64,000 nt of DNA from Camelus dromedarius (Eukaryota). Under the pieces are notes generated by a model, which was not told the origin of the DNA, did not search any database, and saw only the letters and a program-made list of their open reading frames with translations. The DNA lies in assembly GCF_036321535.1 (NCBI RefSeq), contig NC_087436.1, forward strand, positions 18,602,001 to 18,666,000. The letters are read 5' to 3'. The first letter of the stretch is position 1. Each line of letters opens with the position of its first letter. Made by a program: the position numbers and the translations under genes. Of the stretch, positions 11,759 to 25,350 are shown piece after piece.

Positions 11759-13264
11759 CGGCTGACTTTCATTGTTGCACACCGTGGCTACAACACACGC
11801 TGTGCTGCGTGGCTCTCTGCATTGGGCACCTCATCTGATGCTCCTAACAGCTCTATAGGGTAAGTGCTCTTTTCCTCATTTTATGAATGAGGACGGAGAG
11901 ACTTAGAAAGGATTATAGGAGGCAGGACTGAACTTAGAACCCAAGACTCTCCCTACTGGACTCTTTCCCCTGGGTATGCTGCCTTTTTTATGGAGATCGG
12001 TCAAAAATGTGTTTAATTTCAGAGAGTTTGCACCTTGATTTTCCCTCCCCCTCTAATTCATATGTAAACTAATTTGCAACTCACATTAACTCCAGATTAC
12101 ATAATGTATTAGTTATGACCTGTATTTTAGTCGATCTTTCTTAGGCCAGAATCTTTCTTACAGTATCTCATGACTTGTAAAAATTATCAAGTAGACTTCA
12201 AAAACGTGGCAGCTGGAACTTCCATACCAAGTTTCACCTATTTCTATGATTCACTGGTTAAGATGTGTCTGTTTCCTTTCAGATTTTAAGTTCCACAAGG
12301 GCAGTCACTGGGTTTTTCCTCTCTTCTCTATCCCTAATAATAATTATAAACTCATACTGAGCACTTTCTATTGTCTCAAGCACTTAACAAATACCAGCCC
12401 ACTGCATTCTGCTTATGAGACAGATACAGTGATCATCTGATTTTTACAGATGAGCAAACTGAGGGAGCAGGAGGGGTACCACTCAGACCCAGGTTAGACA
12501 GCTAGCAAGTGCAGAACTATGACGTAAATCAATATAATATGGTTTGCTTCCAGATCCTGCACCTTGAACTCTATGCTATTCTTCCTAATATGTACTATAA
12601 GGTGGAGTTAAACATCTTGGTCAAAGATAACAGCATCCAGTTAGGATTAACTTTTTGCCAAAATCATTCCAGGAACTGGAAAGCTTACAGTTCAATAAGA
12701 CAAACTTGGAGCTTTGGGAGGACATGGGTTGACTTAGCTACAAGAAGGTTTGACCAACAGTAGGAAACTGATTTCAAATTAAATTTAAAAAGTTACATTA
12801 GTTCAGATTTCCAGAGCCATAAGCATTCACATTCCTTGAAAAGGCTATTATTAAATATCCTATTAAATCACATTTATCGAGTGCTATCTTAATAACAAAT
12901 TTATGTTTTATTGAGATTGTGGTTAAAGTCTAAGATAATGGAAGGCATCAGTAGGTTTTATCTATTCTCTTGGCCTAGAGCTCAAATTGGAGTATTTCTT
13001 TTTAAAGCACGGTACTAAGCTGGCATGTTATTAAGGTAGTTCTTTTTATTTTAACCTCTGAATATGTTGTTGTCTGAATAGATACTGCTTTTCTGTTATG
13101 CTGAGAATTTGACCCTCTTTCTGGGTAACAAAATGTGATTCTCACTTGTCTGCTGAAAAGTACAGCTGAGGAAAGTGATATTTACAGCGGGAATTAGCCA
13201 TGCCTGTTGGCTACTTCATAGACTCCTCTGGTTGTGTTTAAAATGTATTTGCAAAACGTCTTAC

Positions 13265-13373
13265 CTGGAAACAATTTTTAAATTTCTTGCTCACAAAATA
13301 AAGAGCTATTGGATTTATACATGAGTTCATGGTTGCCAGGTTAATACCGATGTAATCCATGAGCAGCAAGAAA
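13265..13373 (-). CDS. EDNRA: EDNRA coding exon 7 (109 bp; TM7-helix 8)
   Basis: Translates (S)[36 protein letters not shown], with the NPIALY variant of NPxxY. AG at 13374-13375, GTAAG donor. Confidence 0.98.
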
Positions 13374-13804
13374 CTGGAGAAAAAGAAAACAGAGTATATA
13401 AATTAGAACATAATGTTTTAAAATCTGCTCACTAGCACTTATCTCTAGAATAAGCATTTTTCTTGCCCAGAAGCCATTTCTTATAGGTGGCAGGCAGAAA
13501 TTTTTTTAAAAAGTCTTTGTTTAAATGGCAATTTAAGTTTTGCAGAACATTTACAGATATACCCACCACTTGGTTAACTCAAACCTTTCTGCACAGACTC
13601 AAGAGGGAAGTGGCAAAATGACTAACATGGCTTGCACAAATTTTTGGATTGGTTATGGGCTATGGCAGCTAAAGAAAAATAAATCAACTTTGCAGTTTTA
13701 ATTTTCAGGGTTAACGAGAAAGTAGACTAGAGGGTTTTGTAAAAGCATTGTAAATGTGAAAATCAGAGAAACTCCTATTTCCTCCTAAGTACGTAAGATT
13801 GTAC

Positions 13805-13938
13805 CTAAGTAATTCACATCGGTTCTTGTCCATCTCATCATACACGGTTTTCTTCAAAATACGACTTAAATGAAGAGGAAACCAGCACAGAGCGAAAATC
13901 ACAACCAAGCAGAACACTGTTTTTGCCACTTCTCGACG
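13805..13938 (-). CDS. EDNRA: EDNRA coding exon 6 (134 bp; TM6-ECL3)
   Basis: Translates [44 protein letters not shown](S), containing the class A GPCR CWxP motif. AG at 13939-13940, GT at 13803-13804. Confidence 0.98.
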
Positions 13939-14054
13939 CTAAAGGAAAGTGGGGAAAAAAAAGCACCATAAATTTAATGTTTTTCTCTTAGAGGAAAGAG
14001 CTACACAAAGGGAAGAAGTCACCTGGGAAAGAATAACTCAAAGAAGACCCAGAA

Positions 14055-14279
14055 AAACAGGTTTCTTTTGTACAGCACAGGGAACTATATTCAATATCTT
14101 GTAATAACCTTTAATGAAAACAAATATGAAAAGAAATATATGTATGTGTATGCATGACTGGGACATTGTGCTGTACAGCAGACACTGACACATTGTCACT
14201 GACTGTACTTCAATTTAAAAAAAAAAAAAAAGAAGACACACACACACACACACACACACAAAGAAAAAAAAAAAAGAAA
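14055..14279 (+). mobile_element. 5'-truncated young L1 3'UTR fragment with (CA)n inside its A-tail
   Basis: tacagcacagggaactatattcaatatcttg...cttcaatttaaaa. Near-perfect TSD aagaagacccagaa (14041-14054) / aaggagacccagaa (14280-14293). Confidence 0.85.
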
Positions 14280-15439
14280 AAGGAGACCCAGAATAGCCTG
14301 CCTGACCATGCCTCCATCTCTTCAAGATTTGGAATCCAACTTTCTAAGCAAGGAGTTGCTAAGTGATTCTTTTGGGCAGCTGCCAATAAGGATGGCTGGT
14401 CCTTAGGGCCAGGACAGAGATTCGATGGTGGGCAGACGTGGGAACTGGCTGAGTTGAGCCAAAACTGTGGCTGAGTCTGTGTGTGTGTGTTGAACATATG
14501 GAGGAAAGGGTTAGCCAAAAGCCTCAACAGCAGGTCACTCACCAGCTTTAATGGTGGTAAGGCAGTTCATGATGGAACCTAGCATAATTGAAAATAGACA
14601 AATCTACAAAGACGTTTGGAAAACAGGAGCAGGGAACAGAAAAGAAAAAGGAAGAACGATGTGCTTTCTCCATTTCTTGATCCTAGAGAAAGCTGGCACT
14701 GGGATTTTTTTTGCTTTTAAAATTCTTTCATTAATGACATGTCGTTTCCAAAGATACATTGTTTGCAAATAGAGGGATGAGGGTAAAGGATTATCAGCCG
14801 TAACGATTAGGAAACCTGGGATGTGTTGATCCTGGACTGACTCCAATGGCAGGTTTACATGGTTTTGGGTCTGCACAGGATCAGCAAAACTGTAGGTTAG
14901 GAATTATCTGCAACCAGTGTGCATTGTACACAAGTCTTACAGGGGATGCGTTTGGAAGCCCAATGGGGAACCTAAAATGCAACTTGTCTGTAACAGGAAT
15001 CAGTTCATGTCAAAATAAAACTGATTGAAAACAGGGTTTGGAAGGGTGATGCTGGTTCAACTCGAAGCATACAGCATTAAATATGGGAAGCCTACAACAA
15101 ACTCACATGATTAATGGAGCTGTTTAAAAAGATTTCAGGGCAATTGTCACAAATTGCTGCTCTAGCCCAAAGAATTGGGGGTTCTTTAATCTTTCACAGT
15201 TAGCCAGCTAGCTAGCTTCAGAGAATGCATAAACTGAAATCAAGAGAAATAAAGGATTCCTTTATTTATTAATCTGCAGGAATGGGGGATCATTTTAAAG
15301 GGCTGTTTCGTGTACACAGAAAGACGGTGCGCCCAGAAAAACAAGGCACCAGGGGAGAGGTTATGTTCCCTGAGCACATCCTCAAAGAGGATAACTTTTT
15401 AAAAGGTAATATTAATATGTTGCCATGAAAGGCTGGTAT

Positions 15440-15890
15440 TTGGTTAACCAATATCCATTCTTCTATCCTTACTATTAATCAGATCCTTGATTTTGTTGTG
15501 GCAGCAGGGGAGCCTGGCCTCATTGTCTGCCTGGCCACCTGATATGGTCCTGACCCATTAGACTCAGTAGAAATTGTTGTGGAGGGGTTTCTGGAAAGAC
15601 TACTGAAAAGTGGGGGGTACCTCTTTGGTGCATACACACTAATGCGATCTGTGTTCTTCCCCTTCCTCCTGCCTGGAAATCAGGCATAAGGGTAGAGCTG
15701 TAGCTGCCGTCTTCCGCTAGTAAAGGAAAGGTTAGCACCGTGGCTGAACTCTGACTTCTGTGTCCCTTGACCACTGAGCCAATGACATCTGAACTTTTTG
15801 CTGTGGGAGAAAGATAAACGCCTGTGTGGTCTACTCCATGTTGTTCTGGGTTTTCTGCTACCAAGCATCCAAACACAATCCCGAATCGGT
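15440..15890 (+). mobile_element. MLT1 (MaLR)-like LTR remnant
   Basis: cttcctcctgcctggaa...gctgtagctgccgtcttc...gggttttctgctacc-type motifs; highly diverged. Confidence 0.55.
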
Positions 15891-16152
15891 AAAAGGTATT
15901 GTCAGAATACTGAAGAGAAATGCAAGAAAACACACAAGAAGCAAGACCAAGAGCCATACAGGGAGACTAGACAAGGGTGGCAGGGCCTTTTCACGCTGAG
16001 CTGGCTCTGCTGCCATCCCCCCCGAAGGCCTTCCCGCCAGGTTCTCCTGCTGTTAGAACCTGCTCCAACTCTGAGTGTGACACAAGGGCACGTCTACTGC
16101 ATGGGGACCAAGTCTTGGGTTCTAAACTCCATTTAGTTGAGCCAGTCTCTCT

Positions 16153-16380
16153 CTTTTTTTAATTGAAGTACAGTCGGTTACAATGTGTCAGTTTCTGCTG
16201 TACAGCACAATGTCCCAGTCATGCATATACATACGTATATTCCTTTTCATATTCTTTTTCATTAAAGGTTATTACAAGATATTGAATATAGTTCCCTGTG
16301 CTGTACAGAAGAAATTTTTTTTAAATCTATTTTTTAATATATAATGGCAAACACTTGCAAATCTCAAACTCCCAAATTGA
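16153..16380 (-). mobile_element. Young L1 3'UTR fragment, same family as 14055-14279
   Basis: Reverse-complement match to 14060-14220 (aatgtcccagtcatgcat / atgcatgactgggacatt). Confidence 0.85.
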
Positions 16381-18142
16381 TCTCTTAACCATCTATAACA
16401 TAAGGGTCATGTCCATCCAGCTTATCTCACAGGTTGGTTGATTGGACAAGGGATCAAATACCAAAATGAAATGGAAATGCTCTTTGAAAACTTAAAAAAT
16501 GCTATGAAAATGTGACACAGCACCATATTATTACTGCTCCCAACCCCTATTTCAATTATTTTCAGTACAGTTACCACTTAGAGCATAACCAGGCTCTATC
16601 GTGCTGCAAATGCAAAAATCCAATATTTAAAAATACTGTTATCCACAAATCTATTCCAATTAGTTACCTCCACCGCAGGCATGAGAAGTACAATGGCTTA
16701 ATATGTCTCACATCTGGAGTGCTTGAAACATTTATGCCTGGACAATGTTAGACAAAAGTTTCTCAATATAATTTCCTGTTAAATTTTAATAAGAGATAAT
16801 AGCTACCATTTGTAGAACATGTTAGATTTATAAAGTATGTGTATGCACATTAACTCCTTTGATTCTCATAATAATACTGATTCATATATTATTATGCCCA
16901 ATTTACAGATAGGGAGCGGAAGGTCAGAAAACCCAGCACACTAGTTGAGAAGAGTTGCTGATGAAGAATGATGCTTGTGTACGGTAGTGATACAGGGCAG
17001 ATGTCCAGGCTCACGTGAACTTTTGTGTGGTTGAGCATCCTTAGATACTTCTCTATGGAGACTGAGAACTCACCTGCAGTCTTGGCTTCACTCTTTGAAT
17101 TCATATATATCAACATTTTTTTAAAAGTATTACCTGTGAGTTGGGTTCTATTGGTCACTGTCCATGCATTAGGTAATCCCCTTGATATATTATTATATAC
17201 TACATTTTATTTAAAATGTTTAAGACTCAAAATTGAATTAGTATTTGTACAGAAAGGTGCAGGTCTTATTACATACACTTTGTGAAGAACTAGAAGCTCA
17301 GAGAGGTTAAGTAATTTGTGCAACGTCACAGAGCCAGCAAGTATAAGCGTCACGGCTTATCTGTTCTGTTTGTTGCCTGGGCGAGACCAACAGCCTCCTA
17401 TTGACATGTTCAAATTTCTTCTAGAACTTTGGGCCCTCCAAAATGTGACTTCTTATGCAGTCCTGTTTCCTATCATGAGTCTTACCTTACGTGTTGCTCT
17501 AATGAGGTCCATTTCTTTTTCCCACTCCCCAAACGTGTGGTGTCCATGCCACATTCTAGCCAGACTCCTGTCCTCCCACCTGAAGTGCCCTCCATCCTCT
17601 TCTTCCTCCCCGTAGAACCCATTTATCCTCCATGAACAGTTCAGTGCCCCTCATCCATGAACAGTTTCTCCACGACTTTATCTCAGGCCCCCCTTGGCTT
17701 TCTATAGCACAGGCCACTTTTACCTCACCCTGTGATTGTCTTCCAGTTGTTTCATGTTTGTGTTATTTCCACAACAGCACTGCAAAGCCTGCCAGGGGAG
17801 AGAGTCACATGCTTCTTTTTTTGTCCTGACACCGTTCCAAATCCAGTTCAACGTACTACTAAACACAAACGCACATATTCAATAGACTTTTGGCAAAATA
17901 AATGAATCGTTCCTTTCTATCGGGGCCCTGCCCCCAGGACCACCAGTTTCACAGGTAGGATCTCTGCTTCACAAAAGAAACTCCAAATACTCTAACTATA
18001 AAGAAAACAAGACATACAAACAAGACAGTGTTTTTCTTCTTAGGAAATCAGGCTACATCTGTGAAATAGAGTATTTGTATGCCTTGTGCTGTTAAGGACA
18101 AACCAGTGTTGGCCAGGTTGTCGTGACCCTTATTGGGTTTAC

Positions 18143-18295
18143 CTGTTTCAGATGTTCACTGAGGGCAATTCTCAGGCTGCCATTCCTCCTGTTTAACATC
18201 TCACAAGTCATGAGGGTGTAGAAGATTGCGGTGCACACCAGGGGCATGCAGAAGTAGAACCCGAAGAGCCACCAATCTTTTACATCTTGGTAGAA
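18143..18295 (-). CDS. EDNRA: EDNRA coding exon 5 (153 bp; TM5-ICL3)
   Basis: Translates [51 protein letters not shown], visible in ORF 18092..18448. AG/GT boundaries present. Confidence 0.98.
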
Positions 18296-18460
18296 CTGTA
18301 AAGAGAAGAGAAGGGAGAAAAGGAGGGCGATATACCGAATATTAGCTGTGCAGAGCTGCTGGTGGCTGCAGCATCTTCGTGCTTGCAGATACATTTGTAT
18401 ATACATGCTCTTTGGTTGTGGTAATGGGCTGGGGAGGGGGGTGCTCAAAACTCAACTAAA

Positions 18461-18612
18461 ACTCAGTGGTAGAGTGCCTGCTTAGCATGCACAAGGTCCT
18501 GGGTTCAATCCCCAGTACCTCCGTTAAACAAACAAACAAACCTAACTACCTCTCCCCATAAAAATAAAATAAAAGAAAAATCTAGCTTTGTTTTGTTTAG
18601 TTTAAAAAAACC
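18461..18612 (+). mobile_element. 5'-truncated vic-1-like SINE
   Basis: ctcagtggtagagtgcctgcttagcatgcacaaggtcctgggttcaatccccagtacc. TSD ctcaactaaa at 18451-18460 and 18613-18622. Confidence 0.9.
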
Positions 18613-18711
18613 CTCAACTAAATTGGAAACTCCAGACATTATCCTGGCTTTATGATAGCACACAAAGAAATCACTTTAGAAAATTTACGGTAACAAAGAT
18701 ACTTTAAAAAT

Positions 18712-18862
18712 TTTTTTAATTATTTATTTTATTTATTTTTTAAAATTGAACTATAGTCAGTTACAATGTGTCAGTTTCTGGTGTATAGTACAATGTCCCA
18801 GTCATGCATGTACATACATACATTCATTTTCATATTCTTTTTCATGAAAGGTTATTACAAGA
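18712..18862 (-). mobile_element. Young L1 3'UTR fragment
   Basis: Near-identical to 16160-16280 (ttacaatgtgtcagtttctg...aatgtcccagtcatgcat...aaaggttattacaaga). Confidence 0.85.
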
Positions 18863-19648
18863 CTTTTAATAAACTGAAGTTGGCCTTAGTTACAGAATGG
18901 AAGAGCTCTAACTAATAAAATGCATTCCCTTCCAAAGCTCCTAAGACATGATTTTGAGACATACGGAATCTATATTTATCTCTGCTGGCAAGCGTCAACA
19001 TTTTGTTAGTGCCTGGTTTCCTTCTGACTGTGGGGGTTAAAGTGTACTTACTGTGCCTATCTTGTTTGGAAAAAGTGAAGGTTATGAATGGTTTATCTGT
19101 GAGCTTTGGTTAACTGGGAGTTAACCCTTTGCCTGGTATGCCTGCTATGTGACCTCCCAGCCAGTCGCTCAGAGCCATCAATAACCATCCCTTTCTCGTT
19201 GGCTTTTAATACTCCCCACCTGGAACCTATGGAAGCCCAGTACCTTATCTGGAGGCATAGTGAACATTATCTCCCTGTGGACAGAATTTGTTAAGCACCA
19301 GGATTACTCAGTGTTATGTCTTTTTAAAGCAGAAAATTTCACACCCAGTAAAAATGGAAATTAGAAAATCATATCTAAATTCTTCCACTAAAGTAATCAC
19401 CAACTTGGGAAGAAATGCGTTTCCTTTCCTTATTCTGTTTCCCCAGATTGTTTATTTACTAAGGATAATGCAGCCTCCTGTAATTTCTCAGTTCCCACAG
19501 TAAAAAAAAAAAAACAAAAAAAACAGTCATGCTGCTCTGTGAAAAACTGGAGAGTTTCTGAATATAGAAAAGAGGCCCAGTGGACTACATTTATAACATG
19601 TCTATTGAAATATGCTATAAATGGTTCCTGAGGAAAAAAAGTTCTAGG

Positions 19649-20135
19649 CAGGGGTTCTTAACTATTTTTATGCCCCAGCCCCCTTTGACTTTCTGGTAAA
19701 GACTATAATCCTTTCTGAGAATCATGTTTTATGTGCATGAAATAAACTGTGTAAGATTATAATGGAAACCCAGTACTTCACAGCACAGCTAGCAGAATAG
19801 GAGAAATAAAATTCTGATGTAATAATATATGTGTTCATTTACAAATTAAATGACAAATCTAATGGTGGTTCTAATAACTATCAGGATGTAGAAGCAATGA
19901 TGAGTGTAAATGATATTTCAAGTTTATCCAGCCAAAATAGTGGTAGGAAAATGCCTTATTTCTATTAGTGAAAAAACTCATGGTACTGTTAAATACTACT
20001 GTGGTTTGTTGTCTACATTCATATTAGAAGGAGATGATAAATTTCAGTTAGAAGTTAGTGAATATAAACATGCAATTTCTTTTCCATTCAAATTCACAGA
20101 CCCCTGAATTCTATCCTCAGGTTAAGTGCAGACCT
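19649..20135 (+). mobile_element. hAT-Charlie non-autonomous DNA transposon (MER119-like)
   Basis: Starts caggggttcttaac and ends ...cacagacccctg...caggttaag (degenerate TIR). Confidence 0.65.
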
Positions 20136-21796
20136 CCCAAAGAAGTTGGTTTATTCAAACCTGTCCTATTCCCATCACACTGGAGAACGATTTTAGTACT
20201 GCACTGAAAAAAACAAACAAACAAAAATCAGAAGGACTCTCTCTTTGTTTAAGACACTCCTGTGAGCACTCTCGTCCTTGCACCCCCTTCTTCTGGGCGC
20301 ATTTCTGGCTGGCTGAGACTGCCCAGAAGCAGCTGCGGAGGGCCTGGAAGCTGGCCCCCAGGGGACCGGATGGAGTCCCCTGCCCCCTCCAAGGCAGAAG
20401 CCTGAGAGAGAACGGGGTCACACATTTCTTTTGAGCTGATGTCATCCATGAGGGGATGGAGGGACCTCCCTCCAGTCTAGGTTAGCACAAAGTTGAGAAG
20501 GAAAGGGCAGAAAAAGGGGGAATCAAAAAAAGAGAATAGGAGGGGAAAGAGAATCCTAAAACTTTAGACTTAGAATGAAATTTTAGAACTCATCAGTGCA
20601 AACTCATACCCTTTACTGCAACGCTCTAGGTGCCCCCTGCCTGAAGGGTGGCCACTCTGAGCTTCACTGCTAGAAAGGAGACACAGTCCTGATGAAGAAA
20701 CCCATTTCATTTTGTCCACCTGGAAGGGTTAGTAAGGTCCTTCTTACATCAAGCCTCTTCTCTCTAACGGCTTAGACAGGGTACCTAGACTGCTCATTCA
20801 CACTGTCCAAATTCTGATAGCCTCCTGCTGTCTACTTTGTTTTTCACTGTGGCTTATCTAAAATAGTCAGCAGATAAGCAGAAGACCTTAATTTTAAGGT
20901 TGCCAGTTTGGCAGTGTTCATGAGTATTTTTAATTTTCAAAGAATTTCCAAGCAGGATAACTGGTCAACTGTAAAACCACTAATTTTGTGAATTTTCCAA
21001 GGTAGGAAAACATACCTTGAGATGTCTGTAAACGAGTAAGTGTGAATCTGAGCTGTGCGAAACTTGCATCAAAGCACTAAGTAATGCTGATTTAAAAGAA
21101 ACAGCTACCCTTTTGGTTTTTATCCCTGGGCGACATGTGACTAGTTTTACAAAGGGAATATGCATTTCAAACATGTTTCCTGATACTCTCAGTCATGTGA
21201 TTAAGCTTTTCAGCAAAGTTAATGTGGTCGGGTGTATTAAACAACAACTGAATTTGTTACACTAAAATAAACACTTTTTAGAAAGTTCTGCAAAATTCTA
21301 TTATTTGCATATTTGAATCTATACTAATATAAGCACAATGGGAGAATGACTTTCTACTTTGAATTAGTAAATCTATCTTCAAAAAAATGTGTGAGCAACA
21401 TGGATTACCCCAAATAATATAAAATAAGTATCAGCGTGTCTGTCAGATGGGAATTGTTGTGCTGCTTTCCTTATTATCAAAACAAATAGCACTACATACA
21501 TACATGTCCATCTTTCTTTTCTTAGTAAAGTTGTTCCAGAATTCTGAGGAGTTGGTGCAGAGCAACAGTTGTGTCTACAGTTGTGCTACAATATAAGAGT
21601 GAAGACAAAATGGTTGTCCTATTCAAGAAGCTAAGCCCTGCTTTAACATCTGCTTTTCATGCAACTGAAGGATATTTGAACTAGCAGTGTAAACCACACT
21701 TGGCATTGTACAGATAACAAGTCTTGGCGATGGTAAAGTATAAATGAAGACCCTCCCCACCACACACACAATTAATTCCCTTTATACTATTCATAC

Positions 21797-21995
21797 CTCC
21801 ATGAATTTTGATGTGGCATTGAGCATACAGGTTTTGTGCTGTTCACCCTTGTACTCAAAGGGCACCATGACGAAGCCGATGGCTTCAGGGATGGCCAGGA
21901 TAAAAGAAAGGATCCAGATGGAGACGATCTCAATGGCTGTGACCAAGGGAATCCCAATGCCCTGAACACGACTCCAGGAGGCAACTGCTCTGTAC
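21797..21995 (-). CDS. EDNRA: EDNRA coding exon 4 (199 bp; TM4-ECL2)
   Basis: Translates (R)YRAVASWSRVQGIGIPLVTAIEIVSIWILSFILAIPEAIGFVMVPFEYKGEQHKTCMLNATSKFME. AG at 21996-21997, GT at 21795-21796; phase is compatible with both neighbouring exons. Confidence 0.98.
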
Positions 21996-24269
21996 CTGGG
22001 GAGAAAAAGGGGGGTGATGGAATCAAGTTGTTAGGAAATTTTAAGTTTTTTTCAATGAAATAAAAATTGTAAATGTTGGAAAGCTCCTTCCATTGGCCAG
22101 CAACCAACCATTGACTTTTTAGGAACTCTCTGTGAGCCCTGGTGTGAAAAACAAGTGGGGCCATTAAAAGTTCCACCCATTTGGAGATCAGTTACAAGGC
22201 AGGCCTGAGTCTGAGATCCTCCCTTGGGGTCTAGCAAAATCTTGTGAGGGTTTAGAACGTGGTGGCATCAGATAGGTGTGCCTATATTTTTTAAGCAGGA
22301 ACATTTTTTTTAAGGAAAAGATTAGATGATGGAAGCTGTACTGTAAGCTGCTGGTACTGGTTATGGTAATATCATAATTCTCTTTACGTATTAAAAAACT
22401 TGAAATATTATCTATGAAGTGGATCTAGATACCCTTAAGTGAAGAGTTGCCATAGATTTACATTGTTTTCTCTCTCTTCTACCCTCAAAATATGAACACA
22501 TTGGACTTGTACCAGGTGGCCGTTTTAGTAAATAAATAATATACCTAATAATAATATTTTAAAATGTCAAAGAATGACTGTATCTCTCCCATATGGCCCT
22601 GTGCTGGACTATATAAAACCGAGCTAAAGATACCTCGGTTCCTAATCTTTAGGGTTTATAGTCTAACAGAAAAGAATGGTTCATACAGAAGCGTAGGATA
22701 TAAATGTAACTGAACAATTATGCCGATCAAAAACCAACGGGCATTAAGAAATCGCATTTGCCTGATTTTTGACCTAAATATTTTTATGATAATAATCACA
22801 TTTAAATATGAAGTCTAAAGAAAGTCTGGTTTCGGAAACTCTGTGCTCTTTGACCTGATGTGATGGAGTGCTTTCAGACTTACTATTAAGAAGGGACCTG
22901 GGATGTGGTATGGTATTTTTGTGGCTTCATTCTTGAAATTTTTGTTCCTGTTGTAATGGAAAGGAAACATTCTCTTTTTATAGCTTTCAGGAGATAATGC
23001 CAGAAGAAGGCTGTAAAACAGACCAAAGCATTGGAGACAGGTGCACATGGCTTTGCAGGCCAGGCAACTTCATGGGGAATAAGTCAGTAAAGCCAAGGCC
23101 AGTTACAAACTACCCTTCGCCACCAAAATGAGCTGCATCACTTCCACATAGCGTTCTGTCTCAGCACATCTCATTACCTGCGAAAACTCAGCTCCTAGGA
23201 ATTACGTGACTCTGTTCTTCCCTGTAGATGAGAACCTATAGTTTTGGCATGCACGATGGTGCCACGTGGCATACAGACAGCACAATTTGCTGGAGACGTG
23301 TTTCGCAGATTTTTAGGATAAATAAGATTGGTGTGCAATAGGAACCTCTGACAAAGCCCAGATGAGTTCAGAATGGAATAAAATACAGCTATGCATACAG
23401 ACCAGGGAAATCCTTTTATGACATAGCCAACATTGCATTTTAAAATTTATGGTTATTACTAGTGGAATAAAGAGTGCTATATATACTCTCTCCTTCTGTT
23501 TATTTCTCTTTGCTGCCTTGTTCAACAGGCAGCCTGATGTCCAGTAAAAGCTAAAAGGAACAGAGACGGGATGTCTCTATCCTGAGGCTGTCAATGAGTT
23601 TTATCTGTTTTCTTCTCCCCTCCTCTTAGATCGGTTATCAGGAAAGGTGATATGAATAAAACACTTTATCTCTTAAGACAGTAAAAAAGCCAGATTTCTT
23701 AGGCAGGGTTGGAAATAGAATGTGGTTTAAGTAAGAAAATGTGGTCTATGTGTTCTTATGATGAATATATTCACAGACCAGCTTCATTTTATAATGTGCC
23801 TCTGAGTTCCCAGAATATTACATGTCTAAAACACAATGTAAATTCAACATTTAAAAATAAATAGAAGTAATTTTTAGTGTCTAGTTGAGCAAATGATTCA
23901 TAATCAGTCTGTGCTTTAATTAACCCATGTGACTGAGAATTAGAATATTTTCCATTTGTGATCACACTGATCTTGATAACATCTCCATGAGATGAGAAAA
24001 CAACCATAAAATCAATTAGAAACAATCATTTGTGATGATGGACATGGGGAAAGGTGTGGAAAATAGGAAATACAGGATGTTCCAAAAATGATTTCTATTT
24101 GGGGGATAATGACACAGCACGCACATGCACGTGCGTGCGCACACACACACAATATTGTGTGCTTGGTAGGTGTTATCATAAACAGCCTTCAATCAAGTCA
24201 GTGCATATATATGACATCCTCACTCCATAGAAAATTTGCAAGTGTAGAGCCGACCACCAACAACTGATA

Positions 24270-25350
24270 TTCTAGAGATAATCCTTCCTCTTTGAAATGC
24301 TTTCTGCACTTGGTTTTGACCACATTCTCCTGGTTTTCATCCTGCTTATGAGACTGGCCACTCCATCTCATCTCCTTGGCTAGATCATGCCCACACCTCA
24401 AGCTCTTACCATTGGATTTCTCCTTAGTCCTTGGACCGCTTTTCTTTTCTATCTACACACTCTTAGTGATCTCATCTAGTCTCATGGCATTAGAACTCTC
24501 TACATGCTGATAGTTAATTCTCAAATTTATAACTGTAGCCTGGAACCTCACCTCTACCTCTAGATTTGTATGTCCACCTGCCTACTTGAGATCTCCATTC
24601 AGATATCTCGTAGGCATTGAGACTCACCCAAACCAGACTCTGGGTCTTCTTCCTTGCCCTCTTCCTTGCCCTCTCCAGTCTACCATCTCAGGTCTCAAAC
24701 CCTGAAGTTAGCCTTCACTCCTCTTTCTCTTTTCCACCACACATTCAATTCTTGAGCAAACCTTGCAACCTCTTCCTTCAAAATGCATCCAGGTGCAACC
24801 ACTTCTCTCGATCTCATCTGTTACCATCCACCCGGATTACTGCAGTAGCTTCCTAACTGGTCTCCCTGTGTACACCTTGCCCTCCTGCAGTCTGCCCCCA
24901 ACACAGCGACTGGGGTGAACCTGTTAAAGTGTCAGCCAGTCATGTTACCTCTCTGCTCAAATCCCCCAGTGGGTTCCCACCTCAGCGGGAATGCCTGCAG
25001 GTGTCCTCAGAGCCGCCTCGTCACTTCTTTCAGGACTTTACGCAGCAGTGTCTTTTCAGCGAGGCCTTCCCTGGACACCCTATTTAAAGTTGCCAGCTTC
25101 CCCGCCCCACTCACTCCGATTATTTTTCTCCGTAGCACTTACTACCATGAGACCAACCAATTCTTCTACTCATTTATTTTTTGTCTATGTCTACCTCTCC
25201 CTTTAGAATATAAGCTCCACCCCCAAAACAAAAATAAACAATATATAAATAAATAAAAAGACCATAAGCTCCATAGGACGGATACTTTGTATGTTGGTCA
25301 CAAGACCAACATACCATAGGTGCCAGATAAATATCTGTTGAATTAAGCGT
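24270..25350 (+). mobile_element. L2 3' portion
   Basis: ctcctggttttc...gtgatctcatctagtctcatggc...ctcctaactggtctccctg-like...ataaatatctgttgaat. Confidence 0.75.

Noticed and set aside
13711..13804. Extended exon 6 isoform from read-through of the weak GTACAA donor
   Set aside because: The canonical splice gives an intact frame; there is no evidence for retention from sequence alone.
21744..22176. ORFs 21744..21965, 21836..22063 and 21787..22176
   Set aside because: Antisense or alternate-frame shadows of EDNRA exon 4.
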